Source of the DNA: Neoechinorhynchus agilis
Lineage: Eukaryota > Animalia > Acanthocephala
Direction: 5' to 3'
Assembly (NCBI GenBank): GCA_051530055.1
Contig: CM121342.1
Coordinates: forward strand, 1,894,797 to 1,958,796
Length of the DNA: 64,000 nt
Positions 50,600 to 62,034 of the stretch are shown here, piece by piece. The notes below the pieces were generated by a model that searched no databases, was not told the origin of the DNA, and worked only from the letters and a program-made list of their open reading frames with translations. Within the stretch, counting starts at the first letter, position 1; every line of letters begins with the position of its first letter. The translations under genes were made by a program, and so were the position numbers.

Positions 50600-53500
50600 G
50601 TCAGTACATCCGCGTTCGTCGTCAGTTTTTAAAACGGTCAGAAAATCCAACAAACTAAACACAAAACGTATTTCGTGTTCAAGCCCGGACTGTACAATAA
50701 TCACCCTCCTCTCCGGCACAATCCCACAGGATACTACTGCAGACTTCATGTGTGGGTTCTGTTGCGCACGGATCCTCTCGAAATTAACCCCTAAACACTC
50801 AATCACTGAAATATGCATGTACCAACAACTTCGAACTCAAGCCGAATCCGACACTACCATTACTGTACCGGACGCTGGATCGGCCCCTCCCCCCGAACAA
50901 AATTCGCCACGAACAATCGAATCAGCTTCATCCTTCATCCAATTGACCATGGCAAAGGATGACACTCTTGACGTGCTCTCAATGTCCGGACACTCAAAAT
51001 CCTCGAGCCGAAATAGGAAAAATCCTCCGGTTCAGAGATGTATCACGCCTCCCTCAGCCCTGACTCGCCCACCGCGCTCGCCTCGAAATGCCCCACTTCA
51101 TCACTCCCCTGCCCATTCACAAGACTGCAGCGTCTTCATTTCTGGAATCCCAGAATGCCTACATACTGATCATGCCTCGAGCAATCTACACCACTTCCAA
51201 GAAATCATGAAATAACCCCAACCCTCTTTCTGGAATTTTCCACAAACATACCAACTCCAGTAGCATTTTACCGGATACTTACGAAACATCCAGCCCTTAA
51301 ACGCCCTCGATTGCTAAAGGTCACTTTCTCCTCTCCGCTCAGAGCCTCTTTATTTGTGGGAAAGGAGCGGTAATGCACTCATCATCGTTTCCTTATCGCA
51401 TTTCCGCCCCAAGGAGAAGCTCAACCTTACAATCACAAAAAAACATCCTCAAGCTCTGGGGGGAACTCATCAACAAAAGCAAAAATTACGCTCACGACCC
51501 CCCCAAGAAAACTCAGCCCAGCCAAATGGATCCAACGCCGTAAATTTTTGGAATGTGCCCAAAGAACCCGCCGTAGCTTGGTCGGCACAGCAATGGGCGT
51601 CTCCGTATCTTCTACAACGACCATCACCGCAACAGCAACCCCTAATGTATCCGACAAATCAATTCTCATGCCCACTCCCTGCGATATACGCTCCACATCT
51701 ATTTTCGCACCCACTAATCCATCCCATGAACGCTCCTTATGCGCCACCGAGTTAAGCGTATCTGACGCCAAGTCGGTCTCAACAAATCATCGCCTCAATC
51801 CTAGAAGAAAGAAAATATACTTTCCTAGGATACTTTACTCAAATGCTCGCAGCCTCCTTCCCAAACTCGATGAGGTTATAAGTATGTCGGTAAGAACCAA
51901 TGCGGATATCATAATAATTTCCGAAACATGGCTTACCCTTATAAACAAGGACTCCGCAATCCTGCCCGGGTTCTCAGCGTTTCACTCTTATCGCGAAGAC
52001 AAAACAGGGGGAGGAATCTCAATATTAGTTCGCACTCTACTGCCTTATTCAGTATCCCGCATAGGTTCCCTACAACATCCCGACCTTGATTTCATCGCCA
52101 TTCATCTCTCCACCCATTTAAGAAACGGCTTTCGAGAGTTCTCTATCGCGGGCGTCTACCGTCCTCCCGATTCTCGCCCCTCGGCCGCAGATGCCCAAAT
52201 AGAAACACCGATGGATCTGTTCAACAGCAACAATTCACACCACTTCCTCATTGCAGGCGACTTTAACAACCTTTTTCAACTTACGCCACTCTCTGACCTG
52301 CATCAACTCGTCAAATTTCCTACACGGTAAAAATCCCGCCTCGACAAAGTGTTCTCCAATATACAAGCCTGCACAACCGCTATTAAACTACCGCCACTCG
52401 CCAACTCAGATCACTCCTGCGTCCTCGTCGCCACTTCTAGCCCATATCCTTGTATCAAACATCCAGCAGTTCCCGTTTGGGACAAACGGGATCATCACAT
52501 CTTCAAATTCGTAGGAATGTTCAAATCTGTGGTTCCCTTTATCTTTTCGCCCCATCTCTACCCTTCCCGTGCTCTCCAAGTCTTTGAAAAATGCTTTAAA
52601 GCGAGCCTTCTCCCCAAGCTCCTAACTAAGCGGTCACCCTATAATTTGGATTTCGCCCTAAATATTCAGCCACAGATGCTCTACTCTGCATTTATGACGC
52701 GCTCATCCAAAATATTGATTCCAAACCTTCCCTCGTCTCACGCCTTATCCAACTTGATCTATCGAAAGCGTTCGACTCTGTGGAAGATCACAAACTTATC
52801 GAAGTTTGTTCCGATTTCGGACTGAATGCTTGGCAAATTCGATGGCTCTTTTCATATTTGACAAATCGAGCACAATACATAAAATACAACGCCGCCACCT
52901 CAAAGACCATGCTTCTATCAAAAGGTGTCCCTCAAGGAGCCATCCTTTCCCCACTCCTCTTCAACATCTTTCTTAACAGACTCAAACTCCTCTCGAGCGA
53001 AACCCGTCTATTCCCGTATGCCGACGATATAACCCTAGTCACCATTGCACCGGCAAACAGGTAACTGTCTGTTACCCTGGCTGAAATCTCAAACATTACA
53101 GATTTCTGCAACGGCATGAAATTATCGATCAATTTCTCGAAATCGTTTGAGATGATCCCGGCTCTTAAAGGAAACCCGTCATCCTACACACAGCCATATC
53201 TACCAAATGCGATAAAACGCGTCGCTAACCTTCGAATTTTGGGCCTCCAGTTCCAACAAGACCTAAAATGGCATTCCCACGTCTCTTTAGCCCTCAGAAA
53301 TCATAATTTCAAAATCTACCACTTAAAACGCCTTCGTATTTTCAGGGTGATCCCGGCAGATCTAGCGAAATGTTATCTAGCTTACATTCTCCCATCCATA
53401 ACGTACGGCTACCCCACATTCTGCAATATCTTCAAATCACAGCTACGCAAGCTAGAAGTTTTCCATAAGAGAGCTGCCAAAATTTGCTCCGGCGATTTTC

Positions 53501-53800
53501 TGTCCATGAAAGACACTCTCCTAACAATTTTCACAAAGCAGAGCAAACGCCTGATGTCCCATCCGCCGCAATTCGCTCCCCATATTACCCACCCTCATAG
53601 AAAGCGCAATCCATCCTCCTTCAAACCGCACAAATCGCGAACCAAAACCCACCTTCATTCCTTCCTTCCTGCTGCTCAGTCATATTTAAATAGTAACTGA
53701 ATCGAAGGAAAGAGCACAACCAACTATACTTCGGCAACCAAAGATACATGGAACGGGTAGCTATAGTTGTTTACTTTCAAAGTAAAAATAAATAAATAAA
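50600..53800 (+). mobile_element. Near full-length but decayed APE-RT LINE (CR1/L2 group): Cys-rich ORF1, ORF2 with frameshifts and a probable internal deletion, (AATA)n tail
   Basis: ORF1 CSSPDC...CGFC; endonuclease YSNARSL, ISETWL, GGGISI, GVYRPP, AGDFN; RT LDLSKAFDSV, GVPQGAILSPLLFNIF, YADD, LGLQFQQDLKW; tail AAAATAAATAAATAAAA at about 53785. Confidence 0.9.
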
Positions 53801-54702
53801 ACGTGTTTGGAACATAGCAAAATATCGGAGTTTCATAGGTTAGAGAAAGGTTTTTGTCCTTCTATACCTCTGGCGTTTTTCCGCCCGAGACGAGTGGGAG
53901 CAGATGCGAGTTTATGTGCAAGAACGGTCTTGCGCCAAATAAGAGTTTGATCAGCAAGTTAGGATTGCAGACGGGGAAAATCTCGACTGCATGTGTGGTA
54001 TGCTTTATTAATATATTTTTAGAAGGCAATACCACTCATGCCCCAAAAATTTCGAATGGCGGTTTATAAAATGCTCACGGAATCGAAGTTGAAGGATGGG
54101 AACCCTTAAAATTGATGGGAAATCCACGAATTCTTTGCAACTTCTAATTGTCAACGTCCTGCTTCCATCTTGCCAATGATTTTTTCGACGATTCAGAACC
54201 CCCCCGTGATTTTTTGGGGGAGATTAAGGTTGACGCGAGGTTTTTCATAGCCAATATGGGTCACTCCGATTCCAGTGCAGTGTCCTAGATTTTAAAGCTG
54301 AAAGGTTTAAGGGGTTTCCAGGAAGTTGTTGAACAAGTACTTTATTCTTCGTAGGATTTGTTTTCTCCCCAAAATCTTCGTACGTAGATTTAAAAGTATT
54401 GGTGAATTATTGCAGTTGATCCGGATATGTGGAAGGCACTCCATGGTTGTCAGCTTGCTGTATTTCTGTAACAGTGATCTCGAAAATACAGGGATTTCCT
54501 TTCCATTCGGTTGAAGTTGAGCACGCCGCTTTCATATCAGTAGCGAATCTTGATGATACAATCTATGAAGTCTTTGGTGTTGTCCAGGAGAGAAACTAGA
54601 TAGATTGAGTATGGCGGATCGGCACCGCTTTTGGGTCACATAGTAGTCCCTTGTACTGTCCTCTGGCGTACATTCCATCGGATTAAGGATGACGCGCTCG
54701 AG

Positions 54703-55118
54703 ATGAAATGATGAAATGATGAAATGCCCTCTTTAAATTAAGAAATCAAAGGATGAAAAATAATTTAATATTTCGAATTTTAAGCCATAAGATCATTCAC
54801 ACCACCGCTCTGGATCACTCAGCTGCCGTCCTGGTGTAGCGGTCGAAAGTACGGATGCAGCGTTCCCTCGTTGCACAGCCAGACGAATGTTTTGTAGGAG
54901 GAATGCTCCTGATCTCGGATCGCCAGTGATTCGTCTCAATCGCTTGACCAGGTCCTGCGCTGCGGGACCAAACGACCCGAGCGTCTCGACGCCAAAGGGA
55001 ATGAAATAATGATTTTGTCCTTCTGCGTTCCACAGCGGCGGTTGCTGCCCCCTGGTTTAATGGTGGCGAATTTTATGTTGTTGGCTGCGAACGCGTCCAC
55101 GCACGTAGCGTCCTACGT
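54703..55118 (-). mobile_element. 5'-truncated CRE-like element with (CATTTCAT)3 3' tail
   Basis: *DATCVDAFAAN...FIPFGVETLGSFGPAA...TGDPRSGAFLLQNIRLAVQRGNAASVL; stop at 54793; 8-mer tandem tail at 54703-54726. Confidence 0.85.
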
Positions 55119-55401
55119 TAAACTAAGATCAAATCAATCACAGAAGCTTATATTTTGAAGAAATGAAGGCAATGATAATTTTTGCTTCGCTGAATTTTAG
55201 AATGTTGACACTTTTATCGTTTAGTAGCATGATAATTATTTACATGCAAAATTTCGATAACAATTTTTCTAAAGTGCAACAAATTACTTTTCGATATTAT
55301 TTGTGATTATGATAGAAAATAACAAGCCAATAAAATCGACCCCTTTTCTTTCAAAAAATTGATACTGTAAGTACTAGTTTTAGCCGCAATATAACCTCAC
55401 T

Positions 55402-55789
55402 ATGCCAATTCCGTGCCTCAGTCAATTCTCTTTCGCTGTTGTTCAATCTTACGTTTTTGAACTTCACAACAGAATTTGCGATGAACTTAGACGTCAAAGA
55501 TCGGTCAGTCTTGAGTTGCGGAATTATAATGTAGGATTCCCCATCAATAGAGAAAAAGTTCCAATCGTTGTTCGGGTAAGTTTAAAAACTTTTAAATTTT
55601 ATGACCGACTTCTTCGATTAGCTATTCGTTGAAAGATGGGAATATGTTGATGCTCACATCGAAGCTGTTCTTCAACCAGACAGATTGTTCGAGCCTCGTT
55701 TTGTCAGGATTCTGGCACGTCAATTTCATCCATCTGCTAATCTTCCAACTCCAACGGAAAATGGATACATTGTCCAGATGAGGCGATAA
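55402..55789 (+). CDS. Orphan two-exon protein, 113 aa (exons 55402-55575 and 55622-55789)
   Basis: Strong GTAAGT donor and a 46-nt intron in phase 0; exon 2 is open to TAA (LFVERWEYVDAHIEAVLQPD...). Confidence 0.6.
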
Positions 55790-56089
55790 AATTATTTATG
55801 AAAATTATTTTATCAACATATTAAGCTTATTTAACCAAATAAAATATTTAATCAAATTAATTTATGTTACGATGTAAAATATTTTTTTGATTTAAAAATT
55901 TACGATCGCTTCGAACACAAAGAACTGATATGCTTTTATGACAAAATTTGAATCTACGCGGTCATCTGATTATCCGTTGATTAATCAAATATTAACATTT
56001 TGTTTCTGTTTTCGTATTAACCCCAGGTCGAGATTTTCTGATGATATCATTTTTTATATTTAATATTTCAACGGCCGTTTTGTTTCAAA

Positions 56090-56412
56090 GAATAAGAGAG
56101 AAAACAGCTCCTTGGGGGACCCTCGTTGATTGCTAAGGTGTTCGAGGCGATGCTCCCTATTTCGATAAATTGTAATCTATTGTTTAGAACGGATTTCAAC
56201 CCTCAAAATTTAAGCATGCATCGAAAAGATTGGGTTTTGACCGACCGAATCAAAAACTTTCTGAATGTCGATTTGGATGAGTCGAGAGATAAATAAAGGT
56301 TGTGCGTCGAGATTACAAAAAAAATCTTAGATGCATAGAAGAGCATCCGTCCACGAAAAGAATAGATGAAATTATTCGATTGAACATTGACAGAAGGTGT
56401 GCTTTAAAGCAT
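56090..56412 (-). mobile_element. LINE RT fragment, same family as 49920-50260
   Basis: CTTGGGGGACCCTCGTTGATTGCT...ATGCTCCCTATTTCGATAAATTG and CAGAAGGTGTGCTTTAAA are shared with the 49.9-kb copy. Confidence 0.8.
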
Positions 56413-56584
56413 CCCTCGATTATATAAGCACGTATTTGTTATTTTAAAACACGACATCAGTCGACGACGAAAAGTAAATCTACATGATATCTGGGCATTT
56501 AGCCATTAGAAAGTTTGCATTATTATACGTCTTTGTGAAAATATTCAACATTATATCGTGTATTTGGCAAAACTTGAGGTAAAA

Positions 56585-57004
56585 CTATCTATAGCATTTT
56601 TCAAGTAAGCAGTTAAAACAAAAATGACGAGAAATCATGGATACAATTATCTCAAAAAATTTAACGCGCAACATTAGCATTGATATGTGATGTTTAGAAC
56701 TCGCAATCAGCCGACGAGGAAACTGATATCTGCTTGAAATGTACGCATTTCGCTGTACAATCCAAACATTTAAAAGCTTTACTGGAAATTCCCAACATGA
56801 TTTCTGACATTTTTCAAGAAATGCAGTTAAATCATCTATAACTTGTGTCATATCTCGAAAAAATATTAAAGGGTGATATAAGCTTGGATTTGTGATTTGC
56901 GCAATTAATGATTCCTTAATTTGCAGATAGATTGTTAACTTTTCTTTGCTGATCAGCGTAATATTCAGCATTGTTTCGAACAATAGTAGTGCTTTGTTCC
57001 ACAA
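56585..57004 (-). CDS. Hypothetical helical protein (ORF of 139 codons, start uncertain)
   Basis: Open frame in AT-rich DNA immediately downstream of the REXO5-like gene; no recognised motif. Confidence 0.4.
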   Translation of the reverse strand: MWNKALLLFETMLNITLISKEKLTIYLQIKESLIAQITNPSLYHPLIFFRDMTQVIDDLTAFLEKCQKSCWEFPVKLLNVWIVQRNAYISSRYQFPRRLIASSKHHISMLMLRVKFFEIIVSMISRHFCFNCLLEKCYR

Positions 57005-57124
57005 CTTGACGAGGAATATATTTTGTTTGGTGATGAGGAATTATAAATTAGAATCCTGAATAAAATATAAATTTAGATAAAATGGCGGTAGAATAGTTTT
57101 ATTTACTCCAAATGCTGCATGCAA

Positions 57125-59119
57125 TCAAAGCCTAATTCCATCCTCCACTTCGATACCGTCAATCACATGTTTACGACGAGTGTATAAATTCTTTACGGTC
57201 GCAAAACACAATCCGGATGCAGTTTCATCTCTAACAAATAGACTTACCAAAAGTTCATTATCGTTCATTGCTGAGTAACATCGCTTTATATACCTCATAA
57301 TTTTTTTCATATTCGTTTCTTTCCAGCAATCACTATTGAGTTTTCCATAAAATTGGCAAATCGTGAACTCTTTACGTTTGTCTGGTTTTTTGACAATATC
57401 GCAGAATGATTCACAGACTTGTCTATTGCTCTCACAAAGTAAGGATTCAATTGATCCATAAGCACGGTCACCTCGGTTTGATTGACCGATAAATACGCAT
57501 TTGAGAGAACGAAGGAAGGAAAAGAATTGCGATGAAACCCCCGTGCCTGTATTATAAACAAATCGTTCCACTTCTGCTCTATCATTCACATTACGCAAAG
57601 TTCCTTCAGGTTTGTCAACGTGTTCTAGACAAGCATCCCCCGATCGAATACCGTTCTTCATTTTCCATTGAGCTAACTCCATGGCCGCTCGAGCGTCCTC
57701 AACTGGGTTGTGTGCCCCGTCTTGTCGTTGAATCGTAATTCCAAGGTGGTAAGCAGCTAGGTTTCTTAAACTCGGTCTGGATTGACGGAGGCCATTTAGG
57801 CTAAAAATTAGACTCGTATCGATGATATACGGGTGGTATAGGGCAATTAATCATCGAAAAAGTGTTTATCATTTAAAGCAAATGGAATATATAAAATCGT
57901 TAATACTTTGAATAGTAACTTAAATTTGAATTGATGGAATTTTGTTAAATTTTAAGCGTCCATTAAATCGATTATTTATAAAAATTGGTCGATTAACTGA
58001 CTAGAATGAATATAAATAATGCCTTAAATTCCCCGTATCCTTAACATTGAGTGAACGACATTTAAATCGAGGATTAATGCCATAATTTAAGGACTTTTAA
58101 ATCAACGGATATAGAATGACCGACTAAAATGGTATCTTCAGTCAAGAGACTACATAGATTGTCCTGGACATGCTTCAAAGTTACGACACATTCTCGAAGC
58201 GTATAAGCATTAACTCCACTGATCATTGAGTTGTAAGACCTTACAGTTTCTGGTGCTTGATAAACATAAGTTTCATATATACACTCAAGTTGTTCATTGA
58301 TAACAGCCAACCAGACAGCTGCAAATTCTCCTGATCTTAAAACACACATCTCACAGTCGATTGATAGTAAAGGACTCGCGTTAGTCACGGGTTTATATTG
58401 GTCTTTAGTATGCCTGAATTGATCTGCTTGATGGGGCTTATAACCAGGATGATTTTTATCAAGAGGCAGATTAAATTGATAATCAATCATTTGATTAAGA
58501 CTTAGAAGGAGATCGAACCGTTCACAGCCTGGACTCAAATCCGCCTTAATCTTTTGTTCTTTTGTTAACATTAATCTCTCAACAGCTTCTTTCATTTGTT
58601 GACGCATCGCACCTCGTGACCTCTTCCAATTGGTTAAACTTAAAGGAACCATTACTGCAGATCTTTAAAAGGCAACCTTAAAGAATCCGCTTCTAAAAGA
58701 CTATCAAGGAATCGATTATTTGTGTCGCTTTTGAACTGAATATACGGTTCACAACGCTGACCTTCACCAAACAAACTAGACAATTCGTTGATCTGTTCAC
58801 TTTTTTGTAAAATCGATCCATCGATTCCATTTACAACTATGACCCGAACTGCTTGTAAATACTTTTTGCGAAGAAAAGCACACCAGCGAGGGAGGTAAGC
58901 TTCGGTTGGAACGGCTGCATGAAGGATCATCCGTCGAACGTCGTCAATGTTTCCTTCTTGACCTTCAAGGCCCTTCAAAAGTTCGTGTTTGAACAAGATC
59001 TTTGGAACTTTGCACCTTTCCTGTCGCCTAGCATGTATACTTTTTATCAACTTTTGCCTGAAGCTATCATCTCGGAGATGTTCAACCAACGATCTATCGC
59101 ACGATGCTTTGCGTTTCAT
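57125..59119 (-). CDS. REXO5: REXO5/REXO1-like DEDDh RNA exonuclease; 35-nt intron near 58660-58626 and a 242-bp non-GT-AG insert
   Basis: YLPRWC, SIDCEMC (Exo I), VGHSISVDLKVLK (Exo II), YHPYIIDTS, HNPVEDARAAMEL (Exo III). The 5' end may extend further upstream. Confidence 0.8.
57841..58082. mobile_element. MITE-like insert with TA duplication and imperfect 17-bp terminal inverted repeats
   Basis: TA at 57839-57840 and 58083-58084; ends GGGCAATTAATCATCGA versus TGGCATTAATCCTCGA (14/17). Confidence 0.7.
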
Positions 59120-59779
59120 TTGCGTTTATGAAACCTCGGGACAAAATGAATATACTTCTTACAAACGAAAGAAAGTCTCAACTGAGAAATCTCGAATTTG
59201 GAACCGCTTGCATGGCGTCAATCACCGGCTCTTATTCAAAGTTAAATGTTGTTAGTGCTTTTTCACCTATTTTTACCTGTAAGTTCAAATTCGTAATCAA
59301 TTTTATCCGCTGTTTTTTTATGTTTCCATAGATCCATTGACGTTTTAAACTTTTAAATTTAAAAATATTCGTCTTTTCATAACCAGAGTTCATCTAATGC
59401 TTCATTTGAACTTCTATGTTTGCACAAGTTGATTGTTTTGTTAAAAAGAGAATATTATAACATTTTCGCATTATAAAAACATGAACAATTCAATTTTCAA
59501 ACAAATATTATAAATTTTGAACATTGCATTCGAGTGTTTTTACAAGCGCTCCTGCAAGCAATAACCACCAATTCCGACCAGAACGGACCTTCCAACCCAA
59601 CCAAATATTCTCAAACGGACGAAACTCTCCAGACTGGATAGTTCCACCCGAATATGCATCCCTCTGCTGGATATTCCCATCCTAACCGGTAAGGTTTTCT
59701 TTTGAACTACTCTGAACTCGAGTGCTTATGAGGACCCAAAGGTTTCCGTATTTTTTACCAATAAACGTGCTTTACTATA

Positions 59780-60720
59780 GGTCGTTTGTCGACACCCGCG
59801 GGAGATCGTTGAAGACAAACTCATTGATAAATCCCGCTTCCTCGGAGAAGATATCTGAGGATCCGGAACGATGCTGGGAGCAATACGTGCACTCAAAAAG
59901 CGGTCGAATAAGAACAAAGAGAACTTAAACCTATTCGGAATGCTACCGACGGGCGTGATTCGACCCATTAGAATGTTTTTAGAGTGCAATCTCTTTGTTA
60001 AACAGTCTTTTTTTCGTTTTGGCAAAGATTTTCCTCGATGATATGTGGAAAAGCAGCCCATGTTCCCACATTTATCGTCTAGCCAAATTTATCTCCACTA
60101 TTTTTGGATGAGTTGCGGTTCACTTAAAGAGAGGATTTTGAAGTCGGTGACATGGAGAGGGGATTGAATTATATGCATCATACTCATAGGATTCACATGA
60201 CACAAGACAAACCATCGGATTATCGGCTATTTTTCCATTTATGTTTCAAAGTTAATCGGGTCACTGATTTCAGTTGGTATCACATCGAGATTCCCATTAT
60301 CCTCAGAGATGCACAGAACATCACTGGTTTGCATATCGTCATTATCCGAGAAACGATTGGCTTCAAAAGGAGTGAACGCAATTTTCGCTAATAATGGATA
60401 TACTCTTAACGAAATCATGCGGTCCCAGTAGCGGTATTATCCAAGAGTGTAGAAACGGAAAGATGATCGCGAGGTTAGGTCAAATAGACCCAACAAAACG
60501 CGAGTAGTGTTCTCATGAAAATCTGGGTAGATAAAAAGTGATTTTTCTAGAAAAATAAAACTAAAAAAGATTTGATAAATTTCCGGAAAAGATCATTGAT
60601 CTCTTGCGGACCATGTTGGGCAGTACTTCTTTAGAATATCATTATGTTCTAAATCCCGTTCACTCGGACGGGTTACACAGTAAATGATTCCATTCCTGTA
60701 AACTCAGGTGATTCTGTAGT
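59780..60720 (+). mobile_element. Possible heavily decayed Penelope-like RT relic
   Basis: Broken pieces FVKQSFFRFGK, IYRLAKFISTI, LRFT*RE and HRTSLVC...IFANNGYTLNEI resemble PLE RT and thumb motifs; their order is not fully consistent. Confidence 0.35.
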
Positions 60721-60817
60721 GATCGCTTTATTGTGAAATTAAAAAGGACCATGTTAAACGGGGAAAACGGCGTTTACGATTAAAGGAGGAATTTCCCGAT
60801 ATATCCCAAATTACCAA

Positions 60818-61950
60818 TCATATCGCGGAAACAGGTTTCTGATAGATGAATTCGTTTCGCGACGGAAACACTCCCTGGTAGATCAGAGGGTACAAAACAT
60901 CCGGCCAACCAAGAGTGCAGATTGCTTGACAAACGATAGAAGGTAGATCCCAGAGGTGTGAAGAATTCGTGTAGCTATGACGTTCGTCCACTTGCCCGAA
61001 TGGTGTCAAATCGCTGAATAGATCAATTTTGCATAAACTTAAAAGGTTGCTCACATTGTTCTTGGTAGCCTTTTTGTGAATAAAATTAGAGCGTACACAA
61101 ATGTTGCCCGCCAACATATAATCCAGTGCCCCATAATTGATTTGGCGAATCGAGAATGAAAGCTTTTCACGGTTAGAGAAAGGTTTTTGTCCTTCTATAC
61201 CTCTGGCGTTTTTCCGCCCGAGACGAGTGGGAGCAGATGCGAGTTTATGTGCAAGAACGGTCTTGCGCCAAATAAGAGTTTGATCAGCAAGTTAGGATTG
61301 CAGACGGGGAAAATCTCGACTGCATGTGTGGTATGCTTTATTAATATATTTTTAGAAGGCAATACCACTCATGCCCCAAAAATTTCGAATGGCGGTTTAT
61401 AAAATGCTCACGGAATCGAAGTTGAAGGATGGGAACCCTTAAAATTGATGGGAAATCCACGAATTCTTTGCAACTTCTAATTGTCAACGTCCTGCTTCCA
61501 TCTTGCCAATGATTTTTTCGACGATTCAGAACCCCCCGTGATTTTTTGGGGGAGATTAAGGTTGACGCGAGGTTTTTCATAGCCAATATGGGTCACTCCG
61601 ATTCCAGTGCAGTGTCCTAGATTTTAAAGCTGAAAGGTTTAAGGGGTTTCCAGGAAGTTGTTGAACAAGTACTTTATTCTTCGTAGGATTTGTTTTCTCC
61701 CCAAAATCTTCGTACGTAGATTTAAAAGTATTGGTGAATTATTGCAGTTGATCCGGATATGTGGAAGGCACTCCATGGTTGTCAGCTTGCTGTATTTCTG
61801 TAACAGTGATCTCGAAAATACAGGGATTTCCTTTCCATTCGGTTGAAGTTGAGCACGCCGCTTTCATATCAGTAGCGAATCTTGATGATACAATCTATGA
61901 AGTCTTTGGTGTTGTCCAGGAGAGAAACTAGATAGATTGAGTATGGCGGA
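60818..61950 (-). pseudogene. Decayed coding sequence of about 1.1 kb, unidentified family; partly duplicated at 53838-54620
   Basis: Successive long open stretches interrupted by isolated stops and frameshifts (KEFVDFPSILRVPILQLRF; RPFLHINSHLLPLVSGGKTPEV*; LWDLPSIVCQAICTLGWPD). Confidence 0.35.
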
Positions 61951-62034
61951 TCGGCACCGCTTTTGGGTCACATAGTAGTCCCTTGTACTGTCCTCTGGCG
62001 TACATTCCATCGGATTAAGGATGACGCGCTCGAG

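Larger units (their letters stand above)
53838..56668 (+). repeat. Copy 1 of a near-identical segmental duplication of at least 2.83 kb
   Basis: Matches 61171-64000 at offset 7333/7332. I saw three differences: one C-run indel and two substitutions. Confidence 0.97.

Noticed and set aside
53975-54005. U1 snRNA-like CTCGACTGCAT...TGTGGTA (also at about 61315)
   Set aside because: No ATACTTACCTG 5' end, no proper Sm site and no stem IV; the match lies inside a decayed ORF.
54686-54700. U6-like AAGGATGACGCGC
   Set aside because: Short match only; no ACAGAGA box or other U6 sequence.
58035-58045. U12-type GTATCCTTAAC signal within the REXO5 insert
   Set aside because: It is on the strand opposite the gene and internal to the insert, so it cannot explain removal.
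59600-59858. Small gene with a 19-nt micro-exon (introns 59689-59722 and 59742-59780)
   Set aside because: The junctions are in frame, but the frame has stops at about 59639 and 59856 and overlaps retroelement-like motifs. Not supportable without RNA data.
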